64,000 nucleotides of DNA from an uncultured delta proteobacterium (GTDB lineage: Bacteria > Desulfobacterota > Syntrophia > Syntrophales > UBA5619). The stretch spans positions 384 to 64,383 of the forward strand of contig CAWJHT010000043.1 in assembly GCA_963842685.1 (NCBI GenBank). The letters are read 5' to 3'. Under the pieces are notes generated by a model. That model was given only the letters and a program-made list of their open reading frames with translations, did no database searches and was not told the DNA's origin. Position 1 is the stretch's first letter. The number at the start of each line of letters is the position of its first letter. Shown here in pieces: positions 62,995 through 64,000 of the stretch. Both the position numbers and the translations under genes were made by a program.

Positions 62995-63825
62995 ATGGCA
63001 AAAAAGCATCTGACGGGAAAAACTGCTTGGGTCACTGGATCGAGCAGGGGAATTGGAAAGGAAATCGCGGCGCATCTCGCTCGCTGCGGAGCCAATGTGA
63101 TTGTCCACGGATCGACCCTGGGCTCTCCACAGGCTTTTAAAGAAGGGGAATCCCTTCCCGCTATCGCGAAAAACATCGCCCGGGAGACGGGAGTGGAGAC
63201 TCTGCATGTCTGCGGTGACCTTACAGACCCGGCAGTCGTGAAAGACCTCGTTTCTCAAATACGAAGCCGCTTCGGACACATCGACATTCTCGTGAACAAC
63301 GCGGGAGGGGATATCGGCGCCAAGGGGGTCCTGGCCCCGAAAGCGGGCAGGCCCGATGAAAACAACGCGATCTTCATTTCTCTGGAGGACTTGAAGATCA
63401 TCCTCGACCGAAATCTCCTTACCTGCATCTACGCGTGCCGGGAAGTCGTTCCCGAGATGATCGAGAGGAAATCCGGATGGGTCGTCAACATCGGAAGCAT
63501 TGCAGGCTTGACGGGTCTTTCGGAAGGGGCGATCTACTCGACTTCGAAGGCTGCCGTCCACGAGTATACCCGCTGTCTCGCTGTCATGCTCAGGCCGCAC
63601 GGAGTGTACGCCAACGCCATCGCTCCGGGTGACACGCTGACGGAGCGGTTCAAGGCGAGCCGTCCTCTTGAGGATAGCCGTTTGAAAAACCTGGGATCGC
63701 TTGAACGGTACGGCCTGCCGATCGAAGTGGCGAAAACGGTCGAGTTTCTCGTATCCGAGGCATCGTCTTATATTACCGGGCAGATTATACGAGTCGACGG
63801 AGGCAAGCAGACCTGGCCCTCCTGA
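62995..63825 (+). CDS. SDR-family oxidoreductase (FabG-like)
   Basis: [12 protein letters not shown] (TGxxxGIG), NNAG, catalytic S..YSTSKAA (YxxxK), and C-terminal [11 protein letters not shown]. Confidence 0.9.
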   Translation: MAKKHLTGKTAWVTGSSRGIGKEIAAHLARCGANVIVHGSTLGSPQAFKEGESLPAIAKNIARETGVETLHVCGDLTDPAVVKDLVSQIRSRFGHIDILVNNAGGDIGAKGVLAPKAGRPDENNAIFISLEDLKIILDRNLLTCIYACREVVPEMIERKSGWVVNIGSIAGLTGLSEGAIYSTSKAAVHEYTRCLAVMLRPHGVYANAIAPGDTLTERFKASRPLEDSRLKNLGSLERYGLPIEVAKTVEFLVSEASSYITGQIIRVDGGKQTWPS

Positions 63826-64000
63826 GTTGAGCGGCTCAAGTATCAATCCTCAATGATTGACTGATTTCGAGAACCATGCAGAGTATAAACAGTAATGCTT
63901 GAAACAATGAAGCATTGTCCGGAAATCAGGCGGTAAAAGGAGAAAACAAACATTAACCTGCAGTGCGCCACGAGGCTGCACAAGAGATGAAGGGAGGTCC

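Noticed and set aside
62848-63846. 332-aa minus-strand ORF.
   Set aside because: It is antisense to the SDR gene, which carries the TGxxxGIG, NNAG and YxxxK motifs.

Overview
This 64-kb window is bacterial DNA with Gram-negative, proteobacterium-like gene content and very patchy base composition. The first 0.7 kb is AT-rich and carries a small TPR gene. At 0.83-1.09 kb only the 5' third of minC is present. It runs with no spacer into the middle of pstC, at the edge of an extremely GC-rich block (1.09-10.42 kb). That block carries a Pho-type string (pstC'-pstA-pstB-phoU-pstB-response regulator-histidine kinase), rpsA, and a DUF523/DUF1722 gene. The DUF523/DUF1722 gene is cut off where it meets the truncated 3' end of an oppositely oriented gene. 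The rest of the window, in order:
- two paralogous unrecognised proteins behind tctB-tctA-tctC
- an EamA exporter
- a ~1.5-kb graveyard of restriction and toxin-antitoxin fragments
- a sigma54-driven Spy/ZraP-like gene followed by a LolD-like, LolC/E-like, LolA-like and outer-membrane barrel cluster
- a ~15-kb divergent organic-acid island centred on a GntR regulator. One arm has a LeuCD-type hydratase, class III CoA-transferase, HMG-CoA-lyase-like lyase, PrpF/Mii-type isomerase and a TAXI-TRAP transporter. The other arm has ACT, an ICL/PEP-mutase-family enzyme, amidohydrolase-2, cupin, USP and MFS genes.
- a PrpD/MmgE 3' remnant
- a porin-like gene, amtB and glnK behind a sigma54 promoter
- rubredoxin, csp, and Bug and ModA-type binding proteins
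- a 7-bladed propeller lipoprotein
- a DsbA/FrnE-like gene with an in-frame TGA at the first Cys of CxxC (selenocysteine candidate)
- a 5'-nucleotidase and a KAS III enzyme
- a complete GC-rich trpE-G-D-C-F-B-A operon preceded by a WWWW leader peptide and two terminators.
I saw no rRNA, tRNA, CRISPR array, or intact transposase or integrase. One caveat applies throughout. Many conserved genes can only be read by changing frame one or more times. This is densest in the GC-rich blocks, so most coordinates are gene-level reconstructions from motif continuity across ORF fragments. The sequence looks like uncorrected draft and possibly chimeric assembly. The most interesting candidates are the GntR-centred catabolic island (a predicted complete itaconate/citraconate to acetyl-CoA + pyruvate route), the Lol-like envelope cluster, the UxxC selenoprotein candidate and the trp attenuator.
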